From Escherichia coli (lineage in GTDB: Bacteria > Pseudomonadota > Gammaproteobacteria > Enterobacterales > Enterobacteriaceae), in NCBI RefSeq assembly GCF_003334255.1, contig NZ_QOWU01000054.1: a stretch of DNA of 39,423 bases. The stretch is one strand, 5' to 3'. The notes beneath the pieces are model-generated. The model worked only from the letters and a program-made list of their open reading frames with translations. It was not told the DNA's origin and made no database searches. The position numbers and the translations under genes are program-made. Shown one piece after another: positions 1-10,211 of the stretch (position 1 is its first letter; the number at the start of each line of letters is the position of its first letter).

Positions 1-117
1 CTGGCGGCAGTAGCGCGGTGGTCCCACCTGACCCCATGCCGAACTCAGAAGTGAAACGCCGTAGCGCCGATGGTAGTGTGGGGTCTCCTCATGCGAGAGT
101 AGGGAACTGCCAGGCAT
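1..117 (+). rRNA. rrf: 5S ribosomal RNA, 5'-truncated by window edge (window begins at about nt 4 of the 120-nt 5S)
   Basis: Sequence CTGGCGGCAGTAGCGCGGTGGTCCCACCTGACCCCATGCCGAACTCAGAAGTGAAACGCC...GGGAACTGCCAGGCAT matches E. coli 5S rRNA from memory; followed by distal tRNAs typical of an rrn operon. Confidence 0.9.
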
Positions 118-169
118 CAAATTAAGCAGTAAGCCGGTCATAAAACCGGTGGTTGTAAAAGAATTCGGT

Positions 170-246
170 GGAGCGGTAGTTCAGTCGGTTAGAATACCTG
201 CCTGTCACGCAGGGGGTCGCGGGTTCGAGTCCCGTCCGTTCCGCCA
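170..246 (+). tRNA. aspT: tRNA-Asp (anticodon GTC), 77 nt with encoded CCA
   Basis: GGAGCGGTAGTTCAGTCGGTTAGAATACCTGCCTGTCACGCAGGGGGTCGCGGGTTCGAGTCCCGTCCGTTCCGCCA read directly; cloverleaf-compatible. Confidence 0.95.
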
Positions 247-254
247 CCCTAATT

Positions 255-330
255 AGGGGCGTAGTTCAATTGGTAGAGCACCGGTCTCCAAAACCGGGTG
301 TTGGGAGTTCGAGTCTCTCCGCCCCTGCCA
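255..330 (+). tRNA. trpT: tRNA-Trp (anticodon CCA), 76 nt with encoded CCA
   Basis: AGGGGCGTAGTTCAATTGGTAGAGCACCGGTCTCCAAAACCGGGTGTTGGGAGTTCGAGTCTCTCCGCCCCTGCCA read directly. Confidence 0.95.
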
Positions 331-336
331 GAAATC

Positions 337-366
337 ATCCTTAGCGAAAGCTAAGGATTTTTTTTA
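337..366 (+). terminator. Rho-independent terminator of the rrn operon
   Basis: Perfect 9-bp stem ATCCTTAGC / GCTAAGGAT with GAAA loop followed by T8 run. Confidence 0.75.
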
Positions 367-425
367 TCTGAAATAACCCTCTCCGAAGTAAATCCTTCTA
401 CCGGCATCCTTGCCAGCCATTCATA

Positions 426-1265
426 TTAATACACTTCATCCAGCACGTTAATTTTCAAAAGATCGCGAATCAACGCATTTTTATCGCTATTTTGCAGCCA
501 TATGGCATAAAGCGGCCGTGAAAGTGTTGTGCTATCGACAACGGTATGCAGGCCGCCTTTTTTACGCGCCCAGCTGACGGGTAGCCAGGTGCAACCATTA
601 AGCATCGCAATCTGTTGCTGTGCCAGTTCAGCAGAACTGGTTGTCAGAATGGGCACTTCGTCAGCACCGATCAAACCTGCCTCATGCTGTTGAAAATCTG
701 GCCCCCACTCAAGTCGCAGATAATTAAGATCTCCCTTTAGTTTTGAAGGGGCACTGGTATAAAGCGCTAAAGTGAAATATCCCAGCAACTGACTACTAAA
801 TTCGTCCATTTTGGGCGCTTCAGTGGTAATAAGAAGATCAAGCTGGCGTTCATGCAGCTGTTTTACCAGAGACTGCCGTTGGGCAATTCGCGCTTCGAAC
901 TGTAAGCCTGTATGGGCATCCTGATTTTGATACAAGCGTCCCAGCCACTGATTAAGCATACATTCCCACAACGAGGCGCTGGCACCGATAGAAAACTCGT
1001 TATGTCGTGAGGTATGCGCCACCTCCTTACGGGCGGCCTGCCAGGTGCTCATGAGCGTTTCTGCATAAGGCAGTAGTTTTTCACCGGCAGCGGTTAAACG
1101 GATATTGTTTCTGTGGCGGGTGAAAAGGTTCACACCCAGTTGATTTTCCAGTTGTCTGATTCGAAAGCTCACTGCTGACTGGGTCAGATAGAGCGATTCA
1201 GCCGCTCGACCAAAGTGACGCGTTCGGCTAACTTCCAGGAAAGTTTTTAACAATTCCGTATCCAC
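426..1265 (-). CDS. hdfR: LysR-family transcriptional regulator HdfR (279 aa)
   Basis: ORF track 279 aa; N-terminal HTH region ([33 protein letters not shown]) typical of LysR family; position next to rrn-distal tRNAs as in E. coli. Confidence 0.9.
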
Positions 1266-1383
1266 AGTGCTCTCCGCAAAATTATTTGTCGTTATGATTT
1301 AAATGTTTTGTTTTACACTCTGTCAAGCGTAACTAATACTCCGCGCCATAACTAGCTCGGTCAAAGAATTAGGAGCGTGCAGG

Positions 1384-1722
1384 ATGGCGGAAAGCTTTAC
1401 GACGACTAATCGATATTTCGACAATAAACATTATCCACGTGGATTCTCTCGTCATGGTGATTTCACCATCAAAGAGGCACAACTGCTTGAGCGTCATGGT
1501 TATGCCTTCAATGAGTTGGATCTTGGCAAACGCGAGCCGGTTACCGAGGAAGAGAAACTCTTCGTAGCAGTATGCCGTGGCGAACGTGAGCCAGTGACAG
1601 AAGCAGAACGCGTGTGGTCCAAGTATATGACGCGTATTAAGCGTCCAAAACGTTTTCACACCCTTTCCGGCGGTAAACCGCAGGTTGAAGGTGCTGAAGA
1701 CTACACCGATTCTGACGATTAA
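1384..1722 (+). CDS. maoP: YifE/MaoP family protein (112 aa)
   Basis: ORF track 112 aa [27 protein letters not shown]...; divergent from hdfR; recognised as YifE from memory. Confidence 0.85.
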   Translation: MAESFTTTNRYFDNKHYPRGFSRHGDFTIKEAQLLERHGYAFNELDLGKREPVTEEEKLFVAVCRGEREPVTEAERVWSKYMTRIKRPKRFHTLSGGKPQVEGAEDYTDSDD

Positions 1723-1723
1723 T

Positions 1724-1748
1724 AAAAAGGGCGAAATGCCCTTTTTTT
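1724..1748. terminator. Bidirectional Rho-independent terminator between convergent yifE and comM
   Basis: AAAAAGGGC-GAAAT-GCCCTTTTTTT: GC stem flanked by A-run and T-run on both sides. Confidence 0.65.
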
Positions 1749-3267
1749 ATGTCAGTAGTTTCTGCAGATGGATGAGCAAACGGTCAATCGCTCGATAGCT
1801 AACTGCCTCCTGCAAATGCTGACGTGTGATAATGTCAGACTGATCAATATCAGCAATGGTTCGTGCAACTTTCAATAACCGCTGCCAGGCACGAATCGAT
1901 AACCCCAGATGGATCAGTGTTCCTTCCAACCACATCGCATCTTCGCTCTCAAGTTTGCAGAATTGGCGTATTTCCGGACTATCCAGCCAGGCATTCAGTT
2001 TATTCTGCCGCTTAAATTGGCGCTCTCTGGCGGCCATTACGCGTTGTTTAACGGTGGCGCTGCTTTCTCCCGGCACTACCGTTTTACTCAAAATGCCGGG
2101 GGGTGGTAATGGGATCTCCAGTGAGAGATCGAAGCGGTCGAGAAAGGGCCCCGAGAGCCGGTTGAGATAACGTAATGTCTGTTCTGGCGTGCAGCGGTTA
2201 TGGTTTCCCTGATAATGTCCGGTAGGGCTGGGATTCATCGCCGCAACAAGCTGGAAACGGGCTGGATAGGTTATTTTTGCTCGTGTGCGTGAAAGATGGA
2301 TCTGCCCGGATTCAATCGGCTCTCGCAAGGCATCCAGTGTACGCCGTTCAAATTCAGGTAGCTCATCAAGAAAAAGCACGCCGTTATGCGCCAGCGAAAT
2401 TTCACCGGGCCCTGGAATTGCGCCACCGCCTACCATCGCAGTTAACGATGCACTGTGATGAGGTGAGCGGAACGGGCGCTGCCGCCATTGTTTTTGTACT
2501 GATTCAGCATTTACCAGACTTAATATCGCAGCACTCTCCAGTGCCTCTTCATTGCTTAAATCTGGCAACAGGCCATTAATACGGCTGGCGAGCATTGTTT
2601 TACCTGTTCCCGGCGGCCCAATCAGTAAAAGGTTGTGCCCGCCAGCAGCGGTAATTTCCAGTCCTCGCTTTCCTTGTTCCTGACCGATAACATCACTGAG
2701 ATCATGTTGTAGCGCCCGGGATACTGCATCAGTTGGTTTCGGGCGTTCGAGAGCGTGCTTACCTTCCAGAAACGCACAGACAGCTTGCAGATGATCGGCT
2801 ATCAGGCATCCTTCACCGTTAATTAGCCCCACTTCATCTTCGTTATCTTTCGCGACGATAATTTTTCTGCCCGACTTAATAGCTTCAGTTGCACTGGAGA
2901 TTGCGCCGGGAACGCCACGCAGAGCGCCTGTAAGCGCCAGTTCTCCGACTAATTCATATTCATCTAACTTATTGGCTGTAAGCTGTTCTGAGGCCGCCAG
3001 CAACGCAATGGCGATAGGTAAATCATATCGTCCCCCTTCTTTTGGCAGATCAGCTGGAGCCAGGTTGATGGTGATTTTTTTCGCCGGATATTCATATCCG
3101 CTATTGATAATGGCGCTGCGCACGCGATCGCGAGCTTCTTTTACCGTTGTTTCTGGTAAGCCCACCATCGTTAAGCCGGGTAGACCTTTACTGATATGTA
3201 CCTCAACAGTGATCGGGGGCGCATTTACTCCCAGGGCTGCGCGGGTATGAACAATTGACAGTGACAT
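1747..3267 (-). CDS. comM: ComM/YifB Mg-chelatase-like AAA+ ATPase (506 aa from the second in-frame ATG)
   Basis: ORF track 516 aa; Walker A GPPGTGKT present; internal ATG (MSLSIVHTRA...) preferred because GGAGGG Shine-Dalgarno lies 4 nt upstream of it; first ATG at 3297 is an alternative. Confidence 0.85.
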   Translation of the reverse strand: MSLSIVHTRAALGVNAPPITVEVHISKGLPGLTMVGLPETTVKEARDRVRSAIINSGYEYPAKKITINLAPADLPKEGGRYDLPIAIALLAASEQLTANKLDEYELVGELALTGALRGVPGAISSATEAIKSGRKIIVAKDNEDEVGLINGEGCLIADHLQAVCAFLEGKHALERPKPTDAVSRALQHDLSDVIGQEQGKRGLEITAAGGHNLLLIGPPGTGKTMLASRINGLLPDLSNEEALESAAILSLVNAESVQKQWRQRPFRSPHHSASLTAMVGGGAIPGPGEISLAHNGVLFLDELPEFERRTLDALREPIESGQIHLSRTRAKITYPARFQLVAAMNPSPTGHYQGNHNRCTPEQTLRYLNRLSGPFLDRFDLSLEIPLPPPGILSKTVVPGESSATVKQRVMAARERQFKRQNKLNAWLDSPEIRQFCKLESEDAMWLEGTLIHLGLSIRAWQRLLKVARTIADIDQSDIITRQHLQEAVSYRAIDRLLIHLQKLLT

Positions 3268-3439
3268 AAGCCCTCCTTGAGTCACCATTATGTGCATAAG
3301 ATATCGCTGCTGTAGCCCGCTAATTCGTGAATTTTAGTGGCTGATTCCTGTTTATTTGTGCAAGTGAAGTTGAGTTGTTCTGGCGGTGGAATGATGCTCG
3401 CAAAAATGCAGCGGACAAAGGATGAACTACGAGGAAGGG

Positions 3440-3619
3440 AACAACATTCATACTGAAATTGAATTTTTTTCACTCACTATTTTATTTTTAAAAAACAACA
3501 ATTTATATTGAAATTATTAAACGCATCATAAAAATCGGCCAAAAAATATCTTGTACTATTTACAAAACCTATGGTAACTCTTTAGGCATTCCTTCGAACA
3601 AGATGCAAGAAAAGACAAA
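3440..3619 (+). promoter_or_regulatory. ilvLXGMEDA promoter/leader region: AT-rich upstream tract with candidate promoter hexamers TTGTAC (3551-3556) and TATGGT (3570-3575)
   Basis: Very AT-rich bendable sequence immediately upstream of the leader peptide ORF; the two hexamers are only 13 nt apart so exact promoter assignment is uncertain. Confidence 0.4.
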
Positions 3620-3703
3620 ATGACAGCCCTTCTACGAGTGATTAGCCTGGTGGTGATTATTATCCCACCGTGCGGGGCTGCACTTGGACGAGGAAAGGCT
3701 TAG
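3620..3703 (+). CDS. ilvL: ilv operon leader peptide, 27 aa MTALLRVISLVVIIIPPCGAALGRGKA, rich in Leu/Val/Ile regulatory codons
   Basis: Direct translation of atgacagcccttctacgagtgattagcctggtggtgattattatcccaccgtgcggggctgcacttggacgaggaaaggcttag; followed by attenuator hairpin. Confidence 0.85.
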   Translation: MTALLRVISLVVIIIPPCGAALGRGKA

Positions 3704-3726
3704 AGATCAAGCCTTAACGAACTAAG

Positions 3727-3759
3727 ACCCCCGCACCGAAAGGTCCGGGGGTTTTTTTT
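3727..3759 (+). terminator. ilv attenuator (Rho-independent terminator of the leader transcript)
   Basis: CCCCCGCACC-GAAA-GGTCCGGGGG stem-loop followed by T8. Confidence 0.8.
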
Positions 3760-3789
3760 GACCTTAAAAACATAACCGAGGAGCAGACA

Positions 3790-3840
3790 ATGAATAACAG
3801 CACAAAATTCTGTTTCTCAAGATTCAGGACGGGGAACTAA
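3790..3840 (+). CDS. ilvX: Small ORF, 16 aa [16 protein letters not shown], between attenuator and ilvG
   Basis: ATG preceded by GAGGAG Shine-Dalgarno; stop 2 nt before ilvG start; matches remembered ilvX small protein. Confidence 0.5.
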
Positions 3841-3842
3841 CT

Positions 3843-5489
3843 ATGAATGGCGCACAGTGGGTGGTACATGCGTTGCGGGCACAGGGTGTGAACACCGTTT
3901 TCGGTTATCCGGGTGGCGCAATTATGCCGGTTTACGATGCATTGTATGACGGCGGCGTGGAGCACTTGCTATGCCGACATGAGCAGGGTGCGGCAATGGC
4001 GGCTATCGGTTATGCTCGTGCTACCGGCAAAACTGGCGTATGTATCGCCACGTCTGGTCCGGGCGCAACCAACCTGATAACCGGGCTTGCGGACGCACTG
4101 TTAGATTCCATCCCTGTTGTTGCCATCACCGGTCAAGTGTCCGCACCGTTTATCGGCACTGACGCATTTCAGGAAGTGGATGTCCTGGGATTGTCGTTAG
4201 CCTGTACCAAGCACAGCTTTCTGGTGCAGTCGCTGGAAGAGTTGCCGCGCATCATGGCTGAAGCATTCGACGTTGCCTGCTCAGGTCGTCCTGGTCCGGT
4301 TCTGGTCGATATCCCAAAAGATATCCAGTTAGCCAGCGGTGACCTGGAACCGTGGTTCACCACCGTTGAAAACGAAGTGACTTTCCCACATGCCGAAGTT
4401 GAGCAAGCGCGCCAGATGCTGGCAAAAGCGCAAAAACCGATGCTGTACGTTGGCGGTGGCGTGGGTATGGCGCAGGCAGTTCCGGCTTTGCGTGAATTTC
4501 TCGCTGCCACAAAAATGCCTGCCACCTGTACGCTGAAAGGGCTGGGCGCAGTAGAAGCAGATTATCCGTACTATCTGGGCATGCTGGGGATGCACGGCAC
4601 CAAAGCGGCAAACTTCGCGGTGCAGGAGTGTGACCTGCTGATCGCCGTGGGCGCACGTTTTGATGACCGGGTGACCGGCAAACTGAACACCTTCGCGCCA
4701 CACGCCAGTGTTATCCATATGGATATCGACCCGGCAGAAATGAACAAGCTGCGTCAGGCACATGTGGCATTACAAGGTGATTTAAATGCTCTGTTACCAG
4801 CATTACAGCAGCCGTTAAATATCAATGACTGGCAGCAACACTGCGCGCAGCTGCGTGATGAACATTCCTGGCGTTACGACCATCCCGGTGACGCTATCTA
4901 CGCGCCGTTGTTGTTAAAACAACTGTCGGATCGTAAACCTGCGGATTGCGTCGTGACCACAGATGTGGGGCAGCACCAGATGTGGGCTGCGCAGCACATC
5001 GCCCACACTCGCCCGGAAAATTTCATCACCTCCAGCGGTTTAGGTACCATGGGTTTTGGTTTACCGGCGGCGGTTGGCGCACAAGTCGCGCGACCGAACG
5101 ATACCGTTGTCTGTATCTCCGGTGACGGCTCTTTCATGATGAATGTGCAAGAGCTGGGCACCGTAAAACGCAAGCAGTTACCGTTGAAAATCGTCTTACT
5201 CGATAACCAACGGTTAGGGATGGTTCGACAATGGCAGCAACTGTTTTTTCAGGAACGATACAGCGAAACCACCCTTACTGATAACCCCGATTTCCTCATG
5301 TTAGCCAGCGCCTTCGGCATCCATGGCCAACACATCACCCGGAAAGACCAGGTTGAAGCGGCACTCGACACCATGCTGAACAGTGATGGGCCATACCTGC
5401 TTCATGTCTCAATCGACGAACTTGAGAACGTCTGGCCGCTGGTGCCGCCTGGCGCCAGTAATTCAGAAATGTTGGAGAAATTATCATGA
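3843..5489 (+). CDS. ilvG: Acetolactate synthase II (AHAS II) large subunit, intact 548 aa
   Basis: ORF track 548 aa uninterrupted; thiamine-diphosphate enzyme motifs (e.g. [14 protein letters not shown]); first gene of the ilvGMEDA order. Confidence 0.95.
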
Positions 5490-5749
5490 TGCAACATCAG
5501 GTCAATGTATCGGCTCGCTTCAATCCAGAAACCTTAGAACGTGTTTTACGCGTGGTGCGTCATCGTGGTTTCCACGTCTGCTCAATGAATATGGCCGCCG
5601 CCAGCGATGCACAAAATATAAATATCGAATTGACCGTTGCCAGCCCACGGTCGGTCGACTTACTGTTTAGTCAGTTAAATAAACTGGTGGACGTCGCACA
5701 CGTTGCCATCTGCCAGAGCACAACCACATCACAACAAATCCGCGCCTGA
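5486..5749 (+). CDS. ilvM: Acetolactate synthase II small (regulatory) subunit, 87 aa
   Basis: ORF track 87 aa [29 protein letters not shown]...; ATGA start/stop overlap with ilvG. Confidence 0.9.
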
Positions 5750-5768
5750 GCGCAAAAGGAATATAAAA

Positions 5769-6698
5769 ATGACCACGAAGAAAGCTGATTACATTTGGTT
5801 CAATGGGGAGATGGTTCGCTGGGAAGACGCGAAGGTGCATGTGATGTCGCACGCGCTGCACTATGGCACTTCGGTTTTTGAAGGCATCCGTTGCTACGAC
5901 TCGCACAAAGGACCGGTTGTATTCCGCCATCGTGATCATATGCAGCGTCTGCATGACTCCGCCAAAATCTATCGCTTCCCGGTTTCGCAGAGCATTGATG
6001 AGCTGATGGAAGCTTGTCGTGACGTGATCCGCAAAAACAATCTCACCAGCGCCTATATCCGTCCGCTGATCTTCGTCGGTGATGTTGGCATGGGAGTAAA
6101 CCCGCCAGCGGGATACTCAACCGACGTGATTATCGCTGCTTTCCCGTGGGGAGCGTATCTGGGCGCAGAAGCGCTGGAGCAGGGGATCGATGCGATGGTT
6201 TCCTCCTGGAACCGCGCAGCACCAAACACCATCCCGACGGCGGCAAAAGCCGGTGGTAACTACCTCTCTTCCCTGCTGGTGGGTAGCGAAGCGCGCCGCC
6301 ACGGTTATCAGGAAGGTATCGCGCTGGATGTGAACGGTTATATCTCTGAAGGCGCAGGCGAAAACCTGTTTGAAGTGAAAGATGGTGTGCTGTTCACCCC
6401 ACCGTTCACCTCCTCCGCGCTGCCGGGTATTACCCGTGATGCCATCATCAAACTGGCGAAAGAGCTGGGAATTGAAGTACGTGAGCAGGTGCTGTCGCGC
6501 GAATCCCTGTACCTGGCGGATGAAGTGTTTATGTCCGGTACGGCGGCAGAAATCACGCCAGTGCGCAGCGTAGACGGTATTCAGGTTGGCGAAGGCCGTT
6601 GTGGCCCGGTTACCAAACGCATTCAGCAAGCCTTCTTCGGCCTCTTCACTGGCGAAACCGAAGATAAATGGGGCTGGTTAGATCAAGTTAATCAATAA
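5769..6698 (+). CDS. ilvE: Branched-chain amino acid aminotransferase, 309 aa
   Basis: ORF track frame 5703..6698; start set at MTTKKADYIWFNGEM with AAGGA Shine-Dalgarno upstream, matching known IlvE N-terminus. Confidence 0.95.
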   Translation: MTTKKADYIWFNGEMVRWEDAKVHVMSHALHYGTSVFEGIRCYDSHKGPVVFRHRDHMQRLHDSAKIYRFPVSQSIDELMEACRDVIRKNNLTSAYIRPLIFVGDVGMGVNPPAGYSTDVIIAAFPWGAYLGAEALEQGIDAMVSSWNRAAPNTIPTAAKAGGNYLSSLLVGSEARRHGYQEGIALDVNGYISEGAGENLFEVKDGVLFTPPFTSSALPGITRDAIIKLAKELGIEVREQVLSRESLYLADEVFMSGTAAEITPVRSVDGIQVGEGRCGPVTKRIQQAFFGLFTGETEDKWGWLDQVNQ

Positions 6699-6762
6699 AT
6701 ACAAAAAATGGGACGGCACGCACCGTCCCATTTACGAGACAGACACTGGGAGTAAATAAAGT

Positions 6763-8613
6763 ATGCCTAAGTACCGTTCCGCCACCACCACTCATGGTCG
6801 TAATATGGCGGGTGCTCGTGCGCTGTGGCGCGCCACCGGAATGACCGACGCCGATTTCGGTAAGCCGATTATCGCGGTTGTGAACTCGTTCACCCAATTT
6901 GTACCGGGTCACGTCCATCTGCGCGATCTCGGTAAACTGGTCGCCGAACAAATTGAAGCGGCTGGCGGCGTTGCCAAAGAGTTCAACACCATTGCGGTGG
7001 ATGATGGGATTGCCATGGGCCACGGGGGGATGCTTTATTCACTGCCATCTCGCGAACTGATCGCTGATTCCGTTGAGTATATGGTCAACGCCCACTGCGC
7101 CGACGCCATGGTCTGCATCTCTAACTGCGACAAAATCACCCCGGGGATGCTGATGGCTTCCCTGCGCCTGAATATTCCGGTGATCTTTGTTTCCGGCGGC
7201 CCGATGGAGGCCGGGAAAACCAAACTTTCCGATCAGATCATCAAGCTCGATCTGGTTGATGCGATGATCCAGGGCGCAGACCCGAAAGTATCTGACTCCC
7301 AGAGCGATCAGGTTGAACGTTCCGCGTGTCCGACCTGCGGTTCCTGCTCCGGGATGTTTACCGCTAACTCAATGAACTGCCTGACCGAAGCGCTGGGCCT
7401 GTCGCAGCCGGGCAACGGCTCGCTGCTGGCAACCCACGCCGACCGTAAGCAGCTGTTCCTTAATGCTGGTAAACGCATTGTTGAATTGACCAAACGTTAT
7501 TACGAGCAAAACGACGAAAGTGCACTGCCGCGTAATATCGCCAGTAAGGCGGCGTTTGAAAACGCCATGACGCTGGATATCGCGATGGGTGGATCGACTA
7601 ACACCGTACTTCACCTGCTGGCGGCGGCGCAGGAAGCGGAAATCGACTTCACCATGAGTGATATCGATAAGCTTTCCCGCAAGGTTCCACAGCTGTGTAA
7701 AGTTGCGCCGAGCACCCAGAAATACCATATGGAAGATGTTCACCGTGCTGGTGGTGTTATCGGTATTCTCGGCGAACTGGATCGCGCGGGGTTACTGAAC
7801 CGTGATGTGAAAAACGTACTTGGCCTGACGTTGCCGCAAACGCTGGAACAATACGACGTTATGCTGACCCAGGATGACGCGGTAAAAAATATGTTCCGCG
7901 CAGGTCCTGCAGGCATTCGTACCACACAGGCATTCTCGCAAGATTGCCGTTGGGATACGCTGGACGACGATCGCGCCAATGGCTGTATCCGCTCGCTGGA
8001 ACACGCCTACAGCAAAGACGGCGGCCTGGCGGTGCTCTACGGTAACTTTGCGGAAAACGGCTGCATCGTGAAAACGGCAGGCGTCGATGACAGCATCCTC
8101 AAATTCACCGGCCCGGCGAAAGTGTACGAAAGCCAGGACGATGCGGTAGAAGCGATTCTCGGCGGTAAAGTTGTCGCCGGAGATGTGGTAGTAATTCGCT
8201 ATGAAGGCCCGAAAGGCGGTCCGGGGATGCAGGAAATGCTCTACCCAACCAGCTTCCTGAAATCAATGGGTCTCGGCAAAGCCTGTGCGCTGATCACCGA
8301 CGGTCGTTTCTCTGGTGGCACCTCTGGTCTTTCCATCGGCCACGTCTCACCGGAAGCGGCAAGCGGCGGCAGCATTGGCCTGATTGAAGATGGTGACCTG
8401 ATCGCTATCGACATCCCGAACCGTGGCATTCAGTTACAGGTAAGCGATGCCGAACTGGCGGCGCGTCGTGAAGCGCAGGACGCTCGAGGTGACAAAGCCT
8501 GGACGCCGAAAAATCGTGAACGTCAGGTCTCCTTTGCCCTGCGTGCTTATGCCAGCCTGGCAACCAGCGCCGACAAAGGCGCGGTGCGCGATAAATCGAA
8601 ACTGGGGGATTAA
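6763..8613 (+). CDS. ilvD: Dihydroxy-acid dehydratase, 616 aa
   Basis: ORF track 616 aa [26 protein letters not shown]...; Fe-S cluster Cys motifs (CDKITPG, CPTCGSC). Confidence 0.95.
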   Translation: MPKYRSATTTHGRNMAGARALWRATGMTDADFGKPIIAVVNSFTQFVPGHVHLRDLGKLVAEQIEAAGGVAKEFNTIAVDDGIAMGHGGMLYSLPSRELIADSVEYMVNAHCADAMVCISNCDKITPGMLMASLRLNIPVIFVSGGPMEAGKTKLSDQIIKLDLVDAMIQGADPKVSDSQSDQVERSACPTCGSCSGMFTANSMNCLTEALGLSQPGNGSLLATHADRKQLFLNAGKRIVELTKRYYEQNDESALPRNIASKAAFENAMTLDIAMGGSTNTVLHLLAAAQEAEIDFTMSDIDKLSRKVPQLCKVAPSTQKYHMEDVHRAGGVIGILGELDRAGLLNRDVKNVLGLTLPQTLEQYDVMLTQDDAVKNMFRAGPAGIRTTQAFSQDCRWDTLDDDRANGCIRSLEHAYSKDGGLAVLYGNFAENGCIVKTAGVDDSILKFTGPAKVYESQDDAVEAILGGKVVAGDVVVIRYEGPKGGPGMQEMLYPTSFLKSMGLGKACALITDGRFSGGTSGLSIGHVSPEAASGGSIGLIEDGDLIAIDIPNRGIQLQVSDAELAARREAQDARGDKAWTPKNRERQVSFALRAYASLATSADKGAVRDKSKLGD

Positions 8614-8615
8614 TA

Positions 8616-10160
8616 ATGGCTGACTTGCAACCCCTGTCCGGTGCTCCGGAAGGTGCCGAATATTTAAGAGCAGTGCTGCGCGCGCCGGTTTACGAGGCGG
8701 CGCAGGTTACGCCGCTACAAAAAATGGAAAAACTGTCGTCGCGTCTTGATAACGTCATTCTGGTGAAGCGCGAAGATCGCCAGCCAGTGCACAGCTTTAA
8801 GCTGCGCGGCGCATACGCCATGATGGCGGGCCTGACGGAAGAACAGAAAGCGCACGGCGTGATCACTGCTTCTGCGGGTAACCACGCGCAGGGCGTCGCG
8901 TTTTCTTCTGCGCGGTTAGGCGTGAAGGCCCTGATCGTTATGCCAACCGCCACCGCCGACATCAAAGTCGACGCGGTGCGCGGCTTCGGCGGCGAAGTGC
9001 TGCTCCACGGCGCGAACTTTGATGAAGCGAAAGCCAAAGCGATCGAACTGTCACAGCAGCAGGGGTTCACCTGGGTGCCGCCGTTCGACCATCCGATGGT
9101 GATTGCCGGGCAAGGCACGCTGGCGCTGGAACTGCTCCAGCAGGACGCCCATCTCGACCGCGTATTTGTGCCAGTCGGCGGCGGCGGTCTGGCTGCTGGC
9201 GTGGCGGTGCTGATCAAACAACTGATGCCGCAAATCAAAGTGATCGCCGTAGAAGCGGAAGACTCCGCCTGCCTGAAAGCAGCGCTGGATGCGGGTCATC
9301 CGGTTGATCTGCCGCGCGTAGGGCTATTTGCTGAAGGCGTAGCGGTAAAACGCATCGGTGACGAAACCTTCCGTTTATGCCAGGAGTATCTCGACGACAT
9401 CATCACCGTCGATAGCGATGCGATCTGTGCGGCGATGAAGGATTTATTCGAAGATGTGCGCGCGGTGGCGGAACCCTCTGGCGCGCTGGCGCTGGCGGGA
9501 ATGAAAAAATATATCGCCCTGCACAACATTCGCGGCGAACGGCTGGCGCATATTCTTTCCGGTGCCAACGTGAACTTCCACGGCCTGCGCTACGTCTCAG
9601 AACGCTGCGAACTGGGCGAACAGCGTGAAGCGTTGTTGGCGGTGACCATTCCGGAAGAAAAAGGCAGCTTCCTCAAATTCTGCCAACTGCTTGGCGGGCG
9701 TTCGGTCACCGAGTTCAACTACCGTTTTGCCGATGCCAAAAACGCCTGCATCTTTGTCGGTGTGCGCCTGAGCCGCGGCCTCGAAGAGCGCAAAGAAATT
9801 TTGCAGATGCTCAACGACGGCGGCTACAGCGTGGTTGATCTCTCCGACGACGAAATGGCGAAGCTACACGTGCGCTATATGGTCGGCGGACGTCCATCGC
9901 ATCCGTTGCAGGAACGCCTCTACAGCTTCGAATTCCCGGAATCACCGGGCGCGCTGCTGCGCTTCCTCAACACGCTGGGTACGTACTGGAACATTTCTTT
10001 GTTCCACTATCGCAGCCATGGCACCGACTACGGGCGCGTACTGGCGGCGTTCGAACTTGGCGACCATGAACCGGATTTCGAAACCCGGCTGAATGAGCTG
10101 GGCTACGATTGCCACGACGAAACCAATAACCCGGCGTTCAGGTTCTTTTTGGCGGGTTAG
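8616..10160 (+). CDS. ilvA: Threonine deaminase (biosynthetic threonine dehydratase), 514 aa
   Basis: ORF track 514 aa; PLP-binding region (HSFKLRGA) and C-terminal regulatory domains. Confidence 0.95.
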   Translation: MADLQPLSGAPEGAEYLRAVLRAPVYEAAQVTPLQKMEKLSSRLDNVILVKREDRQPVHSFKLRGAYAMMAGLTEEQKAHGVITASAGNHAQGVAFSSARLGVKALIVMPTATADIKVDAVRGFGGEVLLHGANFDEAKAKAIELSQQQGFTWVPPFDHPMVIAGQGTLALELLQQDAHLDRVFVPVGGGGLAAGVAVLIKQLMPQIKVIAVEAEDSACLKAALDAGHPVDLPRVGLFAEGVAVKRIGDETFRLCQEYLDDIITVDSDAICAAMKDLFEDVRAVAEPSGALALAGMKKYIALHNIRGERLAHILSGANVNFHGLRYVSERCELGEQREALLAVTIPEEKGSFLKFCQLLGGRSVTEFNYRFADAKNACIFVGVRLSRGLEERKEILQMLNDGGYSVVDLSDDEMAKLHVRYMVGGRPSHPLQERLYSFEFPESPGALLRFLNTLGTYWNISLFHYRSHGTDYGRVLAAFELGDHEPDFETRLNELGYDCHDETNNPAFRFFLAG

Positions 10161-10168
10161 GGAAAAAT

Positions 10169-10200
10169 GCCTGATAGCGCTTCGCTTATCAGGCCTACCC
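10169..10200. repeat. REP (repetitive extragenic palindromic) element
   Basis: GCCTGATAGCGCTTCGCTTATCAGGCCTAC imperfect palindrome with the typical REP consensus, between convergent ilvA and ilvY. Confidence 0.6.
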
Positions 10201-10211
10201 GCGCGACAACG

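Noticed and set aside
87-95. 5S rRNA reads TCTCCTCATG where I remember TCTCCCCATG
   Set aside because: Single-base heterogeneity among rrf copies is common and my recollection of the exact copy-specific sequence is not reliable enough to call it a variant.
1369-1659. 96-aa minus-strand ORF overlapping yifE
   Set aside because: Antisense to a well-supported gene and has no recognisable motifs.
3288-3473. 61-aa minus-strand ORF in the ilv upstream region
   Set aside because: Overlaps the comM start region and AT-rich promoter DNA; no ribosome binding site or recognisable motif.
5703-5768. N-terminal extensions of the ORF-track entries for ilvE (and likewise ilvC 11120, rep 13911, trxA 18941, rho 19630, aslB 36213, gpp 17523, comM 3297)
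   Set aside because: Internal start codons match the known protein N-termini and have better-placed Shine-Dalgarno sequences; the extensions run into upstream genes or leader regions.
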